NCBI RefSeq assembly: GCF_004010195.1
Contig: NC_057718.1
Coordinates: 11,311,569 to 11,375,568 of the forward strand
From: Chiloscyllium plagiosum
Taxonomy: Eukaryota
Direction of reading: 5' to 3'
Length of the DNA: 64,000 nt
Under the pieces are notes generated by a model. It was given only the letters and a program-made list of their open reading frames with translations. It was not told the DNA's origin and searched no databases. Position numbers and translations under genes: made by a program. Below are positions 1 to 11,567 of the stretch, one piece after another; positions within the stretch are counted from its first letter, which is position 1, and the number at the start of each line of letters is the position of its first letter.

Positions 1-84
1 CCTCAGATGCTGCCTGACCTGCTGTGCTTTTCCAGCCCCACACTCTCTACTCTGATCTCTAGCTGCTGCAGTCCTCACTTTCGC
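1..84 (+). mobile_element. PLE terminal repeat family A, 3' part (cut by window edge)
   Basis: gatgctgcctgacctgctgtgcttttccagc...ctgcagtcctcactttc matches the terminus of the PLE at 21112-21190. Confidence 0.85.
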
Positions 85-285
85 CCTGTGCTAAATTCCC
101 CACAGTGTCCAGGGATGTCTAGGTTAGGTGCATTAGTCAGGAGAAGTAGTAGGGGAATGGGTTGGGGTAGACTCGTTGGGCCAAATGGCCTGTTTCCACA
201 CCATAGGGGTTCTGTGATGACCCTGAAGACCTCAGGGAAATTCCTGCCGAAAGGTCTAATTTATGTCGACGGATGGAAGAGCCGG

Positions 286-785
286 NNNNNNNNNNNNNNN
301 NNNNNNNNNNNNNNNNNNNNNNNNNNNNNNNNNNNNNNNNNNNNNNNNNNNNNNNNNNNNNNNNNNNNNNNNNNNNNNNNNNNNNNNNNNNNNNNNNNNN
401 NNNNNNNNNNNNNNNNNNNNNNNNNNNNNNNNNNNNNNNNNNNNNNNNNNNNNNNNNNNNNNNNNNNNNNNNNNNNNNNNNNNNNNNNNNNNNNNNNNNN
501 NNNNNNNNNNNNNNNNNNNNNNNNNNNNNNNNNNNNNNNNNNNNNNNNNNNNNNNNNNNNNNNNNNNNNNNNNNNNNNNNNNNNNNNNNNNNNNNNNNNN
601 NNNNNNNNNNNNNNNNNNNNNNNNNNNNNNNNNNNNNNNNNNNNNNNNNNNNNNNNNNNNNNNNNNNNNNNNNNNNNNNNNNNNNNNNNNNNNNNNNNNN
701 NNNNNNNNNNNNNNNNNNNNNNNNNNNNNNNNNNNNNNNNNNNNNNNNNNNNNNNNNNNNNNNNNNNNNNNNNNNNNNNNNNNNN
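286..785. other. Assembly gap (500 N)
   Basis: Run of N. Other gaps: 9939-10373, 22657-23156, 33686-33797, 53792-54291. Confidence 1.
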
Positions 786-855
786 TGCGAGTGACCAAGG
801 TTACTTTTTTGGGTGATGCTTTCTCTTTGTAACTGGTCAGTCTGCCTCTGAAACA

Positions 856-1070
856 GGAGAAATTGAGGACTGCAGACGCTGGAGAGTCAGAATCGAAAAG
901 TGTGTTGCTGGAAAAGCACAGCAGGTCAGGCAGCATCCGAGGAGCAGGGCAACTGATGTTTCGGGCATCAGCCCTTCATCAGGAATGGCGGGGAGGGGGA
1001 ATGGTGGTGGGGGTGGGTTTGATGGTGGGGGAAGGAAGCTGAGAGATAAGTAGGAGAGCGGGGATGGGGC
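856..1070 (-). mobile_element. PLE family A 3' end with hammerhead core
   Basis: Reverse complement of 955-982 reads CTGATGA-A-GGGC-TGAT-GCCC-GAAA-CATC, followed by the family A tail. Confidence 0.85.
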
Positions 1071-1159
1071 TGTCTATTAAACAGCCACCCACACTCATGT
1101 GTATTTGCCTAGGAATTAAAAGCAATCACTAAACAACGTGGGTTAACAATGTGTCCATG

Positions 1160-1760
1160 GAGTCATTAGGCGTGGAAACAGACCCGTTGGTCCAACCAGT
1201 CCACACTGACCATGTTCCCAAACTACATTAAAATCCCACCAAAGCTTTCCTGTTCATGAACTTATCCAAATGTTTTTTGAATGTTCTAAGTGTATCTGCA
1301 TCCATCACTTTCTCTGGCACTTAATTCCACACACGAATCACTCTGTGTTAAAAAGCTGCCCCTCATGTGCTTTTTAAATCATCCTCCTCTCACCTTAAAA
1401 ATACGTCCCCTAGTTTTAAACTCCTCTAACCTGGAGGAGAAGCCTTATCTGTGCCTCTCATGATTTTATAAACTGTCTACGCTCCAGTGAAAAAAATGTC
1501 CCAGCCTTTCCAGTCTATTTTCATATCTCAAACCTTCCATTCCCAGCAATATTCTGGTAATTATTTTCCGAATCCTCCCCAATTTAATAATATTCTTCCT
1601 ATAACAGGGCAATCAGAACCACACACAATATTCCAGAACAAGCCTCATCAATGTCTATAAAATCTCAACATAATAATGATCCACATCCTACACTCAAAAG
1701 TCTGAGCAATGACGGCAAATGGTGCTAAACCTATCGAGCTGTGATGCAAATTTCAAAAAA
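1160..1760 (-). mobile_element. CR1 (HER1-like) LINE 3' fragment, decayed
   Basis: Homologous to the reverse complement of the CR1 3' region at 41281-42238. Confidence 0.8.
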
Positions 1761-2429
1761 TCATGCCGTTGTGGAAATAGTGATGACTGGCATGAGGTGA
1801 TTTGTTATTCATTAGTGATTCACTCAGATTGTTGTATTATTGCATAGATCCAAAAACAGACAGACAGTGTACCTTCAAGACAGATAGTATCACATGATGT
1901 GATATTCCAGCAGCCCTCACCTTCCATTGTCGTTGTTGTAGTAACAGGATAGGCAGTATGGTGATAATCTGTATGTAGTTACTGTATCTTCGCTTTACAC
2001 CGTCAATAAGCACAGAGCAAACATTTTGAGTGACTCTGAGATCTTATAACACTGCAAATAAGTAGTGTCGTTAATAAACTTCAAGATATTGGACCCATCA
2101 AGAACTCAATCTTTGTGATATAGGTTACTAGGGCTAAAGTGTCGGGGAGATTCAGACCACATTGTACTAGCACTGGTGTTTTACCCAGTAACCACCTCAC
2201 AGGCTATGGGGCTAGAGCAGGCAAACTGCGGCTGATTGTCAGGTTGGGACTAATATTGGCAGGGACATTGGGGAACATCAACCTCCTCTCCTCCAATGTA
2301 GTGATCATTTACACTCACCCAAGCAGGGGCTTTTTATTCTCCATACACACCCCTGAGAGTTCAGCACTCCCTGTGTCCTGCACTGGAGTGTCCTTCTTGA
2401 TTGACATCTCTATTTTTACACTCCATCTC

Positions 2430-3065
2430 TAGAGTCAGAGGATCATTGGGTCATACAGCAGGGAAACACACCCTTCGGTCCACACTGACCATGTTCCTCA
2501 ACTAAACTAATCCCACCTTCCTGCGCTTGGTCTATGCCCCTCAAACACTTCTTATTCATGTACTTATCCAAATGCCTTTTAAATATTGCAACGTTACCTG
2601 GATCCAGCACTTTATCTGGAAGGTCATTGCACACATGAACCACTCTCTGTGAAAGAAAAATTGCCCCCATGTCCATTTTAAATCTTTCTCCTCTCACCTT
2701 AAAAGTATGATCCCTTGTCTTGAAGTCCCCTACTCTGGGGAAAAGGCGCTTGCTGTTCACTTTTATCTATTCCCCTTATAAGGTCACCCCTCAACCTCCT
2801 GTGCTTCAGTGAAAACACTCCCAGCCTATCCAGCCTCTCCTTATAACTCAAACCCTCCATTCCCAGCACCATCCTGGTTAGTCTTTTCTGAACCCTCTCC
2901 AGCTTAATAATATCTTTCCTATAAAGGAGTGACCAGAACTGAACACAGTACTGCAGAAGGGGCCTCACCAATTACTGTAAAACCTCAACATAATGACCCA
3001 AATCCTACACTCAAAGTTCTGAGCAATGAAGGCAAGCGCCTTAACCACCCTGTCTACCTGTGACA
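2430..3065 (-). mobile_element. CR1 LINE 3' fragment
   Basis: ORF 2699-2971 [13 protein letters not shown]...[11 protein letters not shown]...RRLRGDLI is the CR1 ORF2 C-terminus. Confidence 0.9.
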
Positions 3066-3296
3066 TAAATCTGACTTTTCATTTGTCTCCCCTATTACTG
3101 AACTACTATGCTAGCTTTCTGAGATTTATACAATTCAGTTGATAAAACTTTGGGCTTCAAAGCTGATCTTGAGAAATTGTGATGTTGAAGCGCCACAAGC
3201 GATTTTCTTAAAAATTTACCTTGTCCCATATGTGCCCTTTAAGGAAGGAAATCTGTCACCTATTCATGACTCCGGACTCAAAGTGATGGGGTTGAC

Positions 3297-3650
3297 GGTA
3301 GCGTGGTGGCTCAGTGGTTAGCACTGTCATCTCACAGCGCCACGGACGCGGGTTCAATTCCAGTCACAGCCAACTGTCTGTGTGGAGTTTGCAAGTTCTC
3401 CCCATGTCTGCGTGGGTTTCCTCCGGGTGCTCCGGTTTCCTCCCACAGTCCCAAGATGTGCAGGTCAAGTGAATTGGCCATGCAAAATTGCACATAGTGT
3501 TAAAGGATGTGTAGGTTAGGTGCATTGGTCAGGGGTAAATGTTGAGTAATAGGGTAGGGGAATGGGTCTGGGTGGGTTACTCTTCAGAAGATCAGGGTGG
3601 ACTTGTTGGACCGAATGGCCTGTTTCCACACTGTGGGGAGTCTATGACTC
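3297..3650 (+). mobile_element. HE1-type tRNA-derived V-SINE
   Basis: A-box tggctcagtggtta, B-box ggttcaattcc, core tgtggagtttgca...gggtttcctccgggtgctccggtttcctcccacagtcc, CR1-like tail. Confidence 0.9.
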
Positions 3651-3744
3651 TTCCCTCTGACAGGGTTGCATAGTTCAAGGGCAATTAGGGATGGGCAGCC
3701 AATGCCAATGATACTCCCACCCTGTGGAAGATTACATTGTGTTT

Positions 3745-3878
3745 AGATTAGATTAGATTACATTTACAGTGTGGAAACAGGCCCTTCAGCCCAACAAGTC
3801 CACACCGCCCCGCCAAGCACAACCCACCCATACCCCTGTGAGGCAGCAGAGCTAACCACTGTGCCACCGTGCCGCCCA
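3745..3878 (-). mobile_element. HE1 SINE, internally deleted
   Basis: (gatta)n tail joined to the SINE head ...ctaaccactgtgccaccgtgccgccc. Confidence 0.85.
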
Positions 3879-4064
3879 CTATAAACAAAGTATTGCACAG
3901 CAGGTTCCAATTGTTTTACATTGAATTGATAGGCTCTGACATAGACATAGTGTTGGGACCAACACGGACAACTGTGAAGGTAATTCCAAGAGTGGGAATG
4001 AAGAGAGGTCACATCAGGTCATCCTACGGGAATTCATGTCCAGATGCTGCTGACTCCTACTGAA

Positions 4065-4340
4065 GGGGAGTGGGTACAAAAGCCAGAAGGTGAAGAGAGA
4101 GAGCGAGGGACTACAGGAAAAGAGAGAGGGAAGGGGGAAGGGAAGAGGAAGAAAAGAGAAGGAAGAGTAGAAAGGGTAATGATAAGGGAAGAGGGAGTAA
4201 AAAGGGATGCAGGAGAGGCAAGTGGAAGAGGAAGTGAAAGACAAGAGTGTGGGTGGGCATGGGAGTGCAGAAAGTGAGAGAAAGGGGGATGGGGAGGTGT
4301 AGAGTAAAGGGGAAGGAAGGAGAATAGTAAGAGAGAGAGG
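4065..4340. repeat. AG-rich low-complexity tract
   Basis: Purine-rich on the + strand. Confidence 0.85.
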
Positions 4341-4468
4341 GGTTCTCTTCAAACAACTGCTTCCTGATTGCGACCTCACTCCCCACAGTCCCTCTCAAGT
4401 CCAAAACACATTCCTCATGTGGACAATGGCATGTTGAAACATTCGAGTTTGAGTGTTTGCATAGTCTG

Positions 4469-4824
4469 CAGCAATAAAGAGCTGAAAACGGAGAGAATCA
4501 AGGTGATGTGAGCCCTTCATTTATCACTGAGACTCGAAGCAAACCTCCCTGGAATCCAGTAATGAATAAACCCATGATGGGGTTCCAAGACAAGCAGCAA
4601 CTTCCTTTGACTCAGATCAGGACAAGCTGACTTCCAGTTTCCAATACAGCAATAAAGAGCTGAAAACGGAGAGAATCAAGGTGATGTGCGCCCTTCATTT
4701 ATCACTGAGACTCGAAGCAAACCTCCCTGGAATCTAGTAATGAATAAACCCATGATGGGGTTCCAAGACAAGCAGCAACTTCCTTTGACTCAGATCAGGA
4801 CAAGCTGACTTCCAGTTTCCAATA
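4469..4824 (+). repeat. 178-bp tandem duplication (2 copies)
   Basis: 4469-4646 and 4647-4824 are identical apart from two substitutions seen (gtgagccc/gtgcgccc, aatccagt/aatctagt). Confidence 0.95.
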
Positions 4825-4940
4825 ACCCTGAAAAACATCATTCTTGTGAGAGTGCTGACAGTGCAGGAGCCTCATGCATTGTGGGAGAGTGTTATTAAAT
4901 TTTAATGGGTGTACGCAATGGTAAGATTTTATTCCCTTAC

Positions 4941-5061
4941 CTTATCTCGGTGGACAAGCTGTGCTTACAAGGTGGGGCTCGGGGGAGGGATGGTCTCTGG
5001 TGACAATTTTTGGTAAATCGCAACCAATATTCTTCAAAAATGCCTTCACCAAAAACAGCAC
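4941..5061 (-). other. Candidate internal exon of an unidentified transcript
   Basis: Minus strand: tttttttctccag|GTGCTG...GAGATAAG|gtaagg; unique sequence; one frame open (AVFGEGIFEEYWLRFTKNCHQRPSLPRAPP). Confidence 0.3.
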
Positions 5062-5077
5062 CTGGAGAAAAAAATCC

Positions 5078-5278
5078 TATAAGACATAGGAGCAGAAATT
5101 AGGCCGTTCAGCCCATCAGGTCTGCTCTGCCATTCAATCATGGCTGATAAGTGTCTCAACCCCGTTCTCCTGCTTTCTCCCTGTAACCCTTGAACCTCTT
5201 GACAATCAAGAACCTATCTACCTCCAACTTAAATATACTCAATGACTTGGTCTCCACAGCCTTCTGTGGCAGTGAAGT
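5078..5278 (-). mobile_element. CR1 LINE 3' tail (second CR1 family)
   Basis: ataagacataggagcagaa...ggcc.ttcagccc tail, shared with 9747-9938. Confidence 0.75.
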
Positions 5279-5281
5279 CAT

Positions 5282-5587
5282 GATTAGATTAGATTATTTA
5301 CAGTGTGGAAACAGGCCCTTCAGCCCAACAAGTCCACACCGAAGCGCAACCCACCCATTCCCTACATTTACCCCTTTACCTAACACTACAGGCAATTTAG
5401 CTTGGCCAATTCACCTGGCCTGCACATCTTTGGACTGTGGGAGGAAACCGGAGCACCCGGAGGAAACCCACGCAGACACAGGGAGAATGTGCAAACTCCA
5501 CACAGTCAGTCGCCTGAGTCGGGAATTGAACCTGGGTCTCTGGTGCTATGAGGCAGCAGTGCTAACCACTGTGCCACCGTGCCGCCC
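5282..5587 (-). mobile_element. HE1 SINE, full length
   Basis: Head, V-core and (gatta)n tail all present. Confidence 0.92.
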
Positions 5588-5896
5588 ACTAAGTCATCAC
5601 ACACCTCTCCAATTCTGTGGAACACCGGGCCACAAAACTGTCCCAAAAAAAGCTAGATGACAAAGCGGTTGTTCAGTTAACTCTTAGAATAACTAATGGT
5701 GTGTCTGCATTGATATGGAGACAATTTGGATCATTCTAAGTCTTTCTTGCAAAATGCTTTATTTATGTTTATCAAACCACAGATACATTAGAAAACCATT
5801 AAAATTTGATAAGATAGAAAGTGCAAATCAGATTAATTTCTTTCAATGTAGTATGTGGCACCCAGGTATCTCATGACACTAATAATTGCAGCTTAC

Positions 5897-6051
5897 GTTG
5901 ACAGTGTCATGTCAACCGTACAGGCTGAGGGATTTAACGGAGCCTCCGGCCCCTCACTGTACTGTAGCGGGACGATCTTTCCCTGTCCTGCCTTGACAGT
6001 GGCAGATAGGAGTATTAGGCATCCCTCAGCCCACAATCCTGGAGCTGCCAT
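5897..6051 (-). other. Candidate ATG-containing exon
   Basis: gacATGG context, 51 open codons MAAPGLWAEGCLILLSATVKAG..., then AC|gtaagc donor. No homology recognised. Confidence 0.25.
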
Positions 6052-6714
6052 GTCAACGTTCGATTGTTGGTGCCTCTTTGCTGACGAAGAACAGTGTGTT
6101 TCAGCATCTTTCCCTGAACGGATGATCCTCCAGCCCCAGTCAGTCTGTGTCCTTGGAGTCCAGGGTCACTGAGCTGCTCTGGGGAAACCTCAATTTAAAT
6201 CTCTTTCCAAAGCTCTTTACAAAGAACATCCCAGAAAGCAGTGAAGAACAATATCTTGCCCACACTGTAGCTGGAGAAAAGACCTTGTATTCAGATAGCA
6301 ACTGTCACCTCCACAAAATATCTCAAAGGGATCCACACCCAACAAAATGCTTTGAAGATATGGTGCTCATGTTTGCATGCAGGTGAATCAGTGACCTGGA
6401 TTAACAATCCAGAGAGCTCAGACCTCATTGTCTCTCCTAGAAAATTTGATTTAAAGTTAGTCTGTTTGAAAAAAAATGGAAGTAAATAAAAGTGACCATT
6501 TCATTAAATGCTCAAAGAATCTCAAATACTGTTCAGGAAAGGAATCTGCTACCCTTAACCAGGCTGGCGTGGGTCTGACTCCAGTCCCAGTCTAACACGA
6601 TTGACTATGAAGTGAATTCTGAAATGCTTCAGGAAGACTCAAGGGTCAGGGATTAGAGATGGGGTGTAAATGGCAACCTTTATGTAATGTCCCCACCATG
6701 AGATCTTTCCGTTG

Positions 6715-6890
6715 AACGAAACAAAATCAGAAATTGTTGGAGAAACTCAGCAGGTCTGGCAGCATCTGTGGAGAGAAAGCAGAGACAATGTTTTGGGTCC
6801 AGTGACCGTTCTTCGGAACTCCTGCTGGGTTTCCCCAGCAATTTCTGGCTTTGTTTCCGATTTCCAGCATTTGCAGTTCTTATTTTATTT
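6715..6890. mobile_element. PLE terminal repeat family C, fold-back remnant
   Basis: cagaaattgttggagaaactcagcaggtctggcagcatctgtggagag... with a partial inverted arm; hammerhead core degenerate. Confidence 0.75.
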
Positions 6891-6892
6891 TA

Positions 6893-7380
6893 GGGGTGGC
6901 ACAGCGGCTCCGTGGTTAGTACTGCCGCCTCACAACGCCAGGGATCCGGGTTTGATTCCCACCTCGGGCGACTGTCTGTGTGGAGTTTGCACATTCTCCC
7001 TGTTCCTGTGTGGGTTTCCTCTGGGTGCTCTGGTATCCTCCCACAATCCAAAGATGTGCAGCTTATGTAGCCTTTCCCCATGGTAGGCTACTGCAGAAAA
7101 TACGGAGATATGGCATTGAGGGTGAGTTGGAGGTTTGGATTAGGAATTGTCTGGGTGCTCTGGTATCCTCCCACAATCCAAAGATGTGCAGCTTATGTGG
7201 ACTGGCCATGGGAAATTACCCATAGTGTCCATGGGTGCCCACGTTAGGTGGATTGGCCATGGGAAATGCAGGGTTACAGGGATGGGTAAGGGGGTGAATC
7301 TGGATGGGATGTTCTTTGGCAGGTCAGTGTGGACATGATGGAACGAATGCCCTGCTTCTACTCTGTGTAGGGATTCTATT
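6893..7380 (+). mobile_element. HE1 SINE interrupted by an 81-bp CR1 RT fragment
   Basis: 7020-7068 is repeated at 7150-7198 around 7069-7149 (AFPHGRLLQKIRRYGIEGELEVWIRN). Confidence 0.88.
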
Positions 7381-8263
7381 TGCTGATTGACCATTGAAAG
7401 ACTTGCACAGAGAGACTGTTTTAGTAAGGCAATGTACACTAGTGACTTGGGCTTGGATCTCCTGGGTATCATTTCAAAATTAGCTCATGACACGAAAGAC
7501 AGAAATGCAGGAATTATTGAAAAGGTCAAGGAGGAGCTTTTGATGGACATCGTCAAACTGGTGAAGTAACAAAGATGGGGCTGATGAGATGCAGGACTGT
7601 GAAATGAAACATTTGAGAAGAAAGATTGAGGGAAAGCAATGGGAATTAAAAAGTACAATTACAGAATCAAAGGATCATTGTGGTGTCAAAGGAGGCCATT
7701 AGGTCCATCGTGCCTGTACAAGCTCTACTACCTCATGCCAATCTCCCACCTATTCCCCATATCCGTGCCCACCACTACTATCCAAATAACTATCATCACC
7801 CCTTAGGTGCTTGAACAGAGTGAGATGAAGATAGGAACTAGGAGCAGGAGTAGGCCATTCAGCCCCTCCAGCCTGCTTTGCCATTCTAGTTTCTGGCTGA
7901 TCGTCTATATCAATGCCATTTTGCCACGCTGCCTCCATGTACCTTTGCATCGTTAGTATCTAGAAGTCTATTGACCTCAGTCTTGAATGTACTCATTCCA
8001 GCTTCCATTCAAAAGAATTCAAACTGTGTGCATGCAGGTAGGGAGTGGTTCATTTCAGAGACTGAAGTTGTGAATGTTCTGGGTCTTTGCTAAATCCTAC
8101 CTGTTCTGGAATGTTCCATTTGGATCACAGCAGAGCACAACAGCAGTGATGGTGGTGCTATCGTTTAATTGTGAGCTTAAACCAATAGCCAGTGTCACCT
8201 TCCAAATGGTCCACGCAGAAACCTCATAGAGATTTGTAAAATTGGGAGGGGCCATTTTCTCCA

Positions 8264-8432
8264 GGATGTGGAGGTGCCAGTGTTGGACTGGGATGGACAA
8301 AGTCGAAAATCACACAACACCAGCTCATAGTCCTCCACTCACTTCACCTGACGGAGGAGCAGCGCCCCGAAAGCTTGTGATTTCAAATCAACCTGTTGGA
8401 CTATAATCTGGTGTCGTGTGACTTCTGATTTT
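8264..8432. mobile_element. PLE terminal repeat family B, fold-back copy
   Basis: Inverted arms (tcacacaacaccag / ctggtgtcgtgtga) around a mutated core CTGACGG-A-GGAGC-AGC-GCCCC-GAAA-GCTT at 8348-8376. Confidence 0.8.
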
Positions 8433-8434
8433 TT

Positions 8435-8753
8435 TTCCCCCAGGGAAGTGGAGTCCAGAACTAGAGGGCATAGGTTAAAGGTGAGAGGGGAAAGATTTAA
8501 AAGGGACCTGAGGGGCAACGTTTTCACGTAGAGGGTGGTGCATGTATGAAATGAGCTGCCAGGGGAAGTGGTGGGGGCTGGTACAGTTACAATATTTAAA
8601 AGGCATCTGGTTGGGTATATGAATAGGAAGGGTTTGGAGGATATGGGCCGGGTGCTGGCAGGTGGGATGAGATTATTTTAGAATATCTGGTCGGCATGGA
8701 CGAGTTGGATTGAAGGGCCTGTTTCCGTACTGTACATCTCTCTGACTCTATGA
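8435..8753 (+). mobile_element. CR1 (HER1-like) 3' end
   Basis: Matches 41940-42238; ends in tgactctatgac. Confidence 0.9.
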
Positions 8754-9541
8754 CGCAAAAGGAGGAAGGTTGTTCCCAGTGTCTGCTGATATTTATCCTC
8801 AATCCCAAAAACAACTAAATGCAGATTCTCTGGTCATTGTCACGTTGCTGCTTGTGGGAGCTCGCTGTGCCCCCGTAGGCACCTCCTTGGCCTGTAAAGC
8901 TCTTTGGGACGTCCTATGGTCAGGAAAGGTGCCACACGAATGCAAGTCTGAAAGGATCAGGTTCGAGAGAGATCAACAAAGTTTGCACTTGCCTTCCTTG
9001 CAGTTTGCTGTTCTGAATAAAACTCAGTCTGCAGCAGATAGGGCCTGCCAAGTCATATTGTCATTCCTCTCGAAACCTAAGACCAATTCCATAATCCGGA
9101 TGGAATCTGCACCGGGAGGGAACGGGAGCCAAGAAAAACCACGTCAAAAAGCAGCGCACGAAACATACCTCCACCTCAAACCCTTCCTAATGAAATCCCT
9201 GCCTTGTTTTGTTTTTCCACAGCCCCCCCCCCCTCTGTTTTGCTTGGCTGGGTGCACAGAAACTGTGACGGAAAGCTGTCTTTTTTGTGGGAGCTGGTGG
9301 GGGGATTGGGTTGGCCTCCTGGGAAAACTGCAGCAGTGTGCCTGAGTTGGCAGCTCGTGGTCTGTGTTGCTGCTTTTCAGACCAGGTGTCAGACGCAAGC
9401 CTCCCGAGTGCAAAATAAAAAGCGACAGGGTCCTACTTCATCATCACTGACTAACTTGAGGGTCTGGAGAAACCTCCCTGCCCTGTCAGGTTTTCTAGAC
9501 ATTTGTTTTACACTTTGCTTGATTCGATCCCTGAATCATTT

Positions 9542-11105
9542 CAAAGTTAAAAATCACACAACACCAGGTTATAGTACAATAGGTTTAATTGGAAGCGCGA
9601 GCTTTCAGAGTACTGCTCCTTCATCAGGTGGTTATGGAGCAGGTCCAGAAGACACAGAATTTACAGCAAAGGGTTACAGTGTCACGGAGTTGTAATGATA
9701 CAACTTGGATTAAGTCTTGCATCTTTTAGGGTGGGATATGCGATATAGGACCATAAGACCAGAAGACATAGGAGTGGAAGTAAGGCCATTCGGCACATCG
9801 AGTCCACTCCGCCATTTAATCATGGCTGATGGGCATTTCAACTCCACTTACCCGCATTCTCCCCGTAGCCCTTAATTCCTTGTGACATCAAGAATTTATC
9901 AATCTCTGCCTTGAAGACATTTAGCATCCCAGCCTCCANNNNNNNNNNNNNNNNNNNNNNNNNNNNNNNNNNNNNNNNNNNNNNNNNNNNNNNNNNNNNN
10001 NNNNNNNNNNNNNNNNNNNNNNNNNNNNNNNNNNNNNNNNNNNNNNNNNNNNNNNNNNNNNNNNNNNNNNNNNNNNNNNNNNNNNNNNNNNNNNNNNNNN
10101 NNNNNNNNNNNNNNNNNNNNNNNNNNNNNNNNNNNNNNNNNNNNNNNNNNNNNNNNNNNNNNNNNNNNNNNNNNNNNNNNNNNNNNNNNNNNNNNNNNNN
10201 NNNNNNNNNNNNNNNNNNNNNNNNNNNNNNNNNNNNNNNNNNNNNNNNNNNNNNNNNNNNNNNNNNNNNNNNNNNNNNNNNNNNNNNNNNNNNNNNNNNN
10301 NNNNNNNNNNNNNNNNNNNNNNNNNNNNNNNNNNNNNNNNNNNNNNNNNNNNNNNNNNNNNNNNNNNNNNNNNTACCTGCCTGTCCACCTATCTTCGTAT
10401 CATTGGCAAACTTCGCTAGAATGCCCCCAGTCCCTTCATCCAGATCATTAATATATAAGGTGAACAGCTGCGGCCCCAACACTGAACCCTGCGGGACACC
10501 GCTTGTCACCGGCTGCCATTCCGAAAAAGAATCTCTTATCCCAACTCTCTGCCTTCTGTCAGACAGCCAATCCTCAATCCATGCCAGTAGCTCACCTCGA
10601 ACACCATGGGCCCTCACCTTACTCAGCAGCCTCTCGTGTGGCACCTTATCAAAGGCCTTTTGGAAGTCTAGATAGACCACATCCACTGGACAACCAGCCT
10701 CTTCCTATAGCTCAAGCCCTCCAACCCAATACTTGAGCACAGCACAATCTGCCACCTTAAAATGATGTGGAGATGCCAGTGTTGGACTGGGGATGGACAA
10801 AGTTGAAAATCACACAACACCAGGTTATAGTCCATCAGGGATATGCGATATGTGGGATAACCAACATATCCCATCCTAAAAGATGTAAGATTTAATCTAA
10901 GTTTGTTTGATATACCATTACAACTCCATGATACTGTAATCCTTTTGCTATAAATTCTGTGTCTTCTCGACTGCTCCACAACCACTTGATGAAGGAGCAG
11001 CGCTCCGAAAGCTAGCGCTTCCAATTAAACCTATGGGACTATAACCTGGTGTTGTGTGATTTTTAACTTTGTCCATCCCAGTCCAACACTGACACATCCA
11101 AATCA
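9542..11105. mobile_element. Family B fold-back element split by a CR1 insertion
   Basis: Left arm 9542-9746 (minus; core 9599-9627) and right arm 10852-11105 (plus; core 10986-11014) are inverted copies. gggatatgcgatat is duplicated at 9733-9746 and 10838-10851. Confidence 0.8.
9747..10686 (-). mobile_element. CR1 LINE RT fragment plus 3' tail (spans a gap)
   Basis: [16 protein letters not shown]...[21 protein letters not shown]...KFANDTK are canonical CR1 RT motifs. Confidence 0.95.
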
Positions 11106-11149
11106 TTTTAAGGTGACTGGGTGTGCTGTGCTCAAGTATTGGATTGGAG

Positions 11150-11567
11150 GATTGAATAGGCTGGGACTGTTATCTCTAGAGTATCGGAAGATGAGGGGTG
11201 ACCTTTCAGAGGTTTATTACATCATGACGGGCATGGATAGGGTAAATAGATAAGGTTTTCTCCCTGGGGTAGCGGAATCCAAAACTAGAGGGCATAGGTT
11301 TAAGGTGAGAGGGAAAATATATAAAAGGGACCTGTGGGGCAACCTTTTCATGCTGAGGGTGGTGTGTGTATGGAATGAGTTGCCAGAGGAAGTGGTGGAG
11401 GCTGGTACAATTACAACATTGAAAAGGCTTCTGGATGGGTATATGAATAGGAAGGGTAAGGAGGGATATGGGCCAAGGGCTGGCAAATGGGACTAGATTA
11501 ATTTAGGGTATCTGGTCGGCATGGATGAATTGATCTATTTCCGTGCTGTACATCTCTATGACTCTAT
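11150..11567 (+). mobile_element. CR1 (HER1-like) 3' end
   Basis: LNRLGLLSLE.RKMRGDL.EVY...; ctctatgactctatg tail. Confidence 0.92.

Noticed and set aside
222..258. CTGAAGA...GAAAGGTC hammerhead-like string
   Set aside because: No proper stem II closure next to GAAA, no palindromic stem III, and not part of a repeat family.
7..936. Long ORFs containing X runs (also 9838-10686, 22605-23294, 33375-33881, 53632-54333)
   Set aside because: Artefacts of translating through N gaps; only the CR1 RT part of 9838-10686 is meaningful.
1769..2051. Possible solo LTR (tgtgg...taaca)
   Set aside because: No TSD and no second copy in the window.
3297..3365. tRNA gene (A and B boxes in HE1 and DeuSINE heads)
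   Set aside because: No cloverleaf; continues directly into the SINE body.
4966..5061. Calling a glucagon/GLP-receptor-like gene
   Set aside because: The similarity is one short motif, the splice phase does not fit the upstream candidate exon, and no following C..FD...CW exon was found in the window.
8770..9695. 191-aa and 163-aa plus-strand ORFs
   Set aside because: They begin or end in repeat-derived sequence and show no domain similarity.
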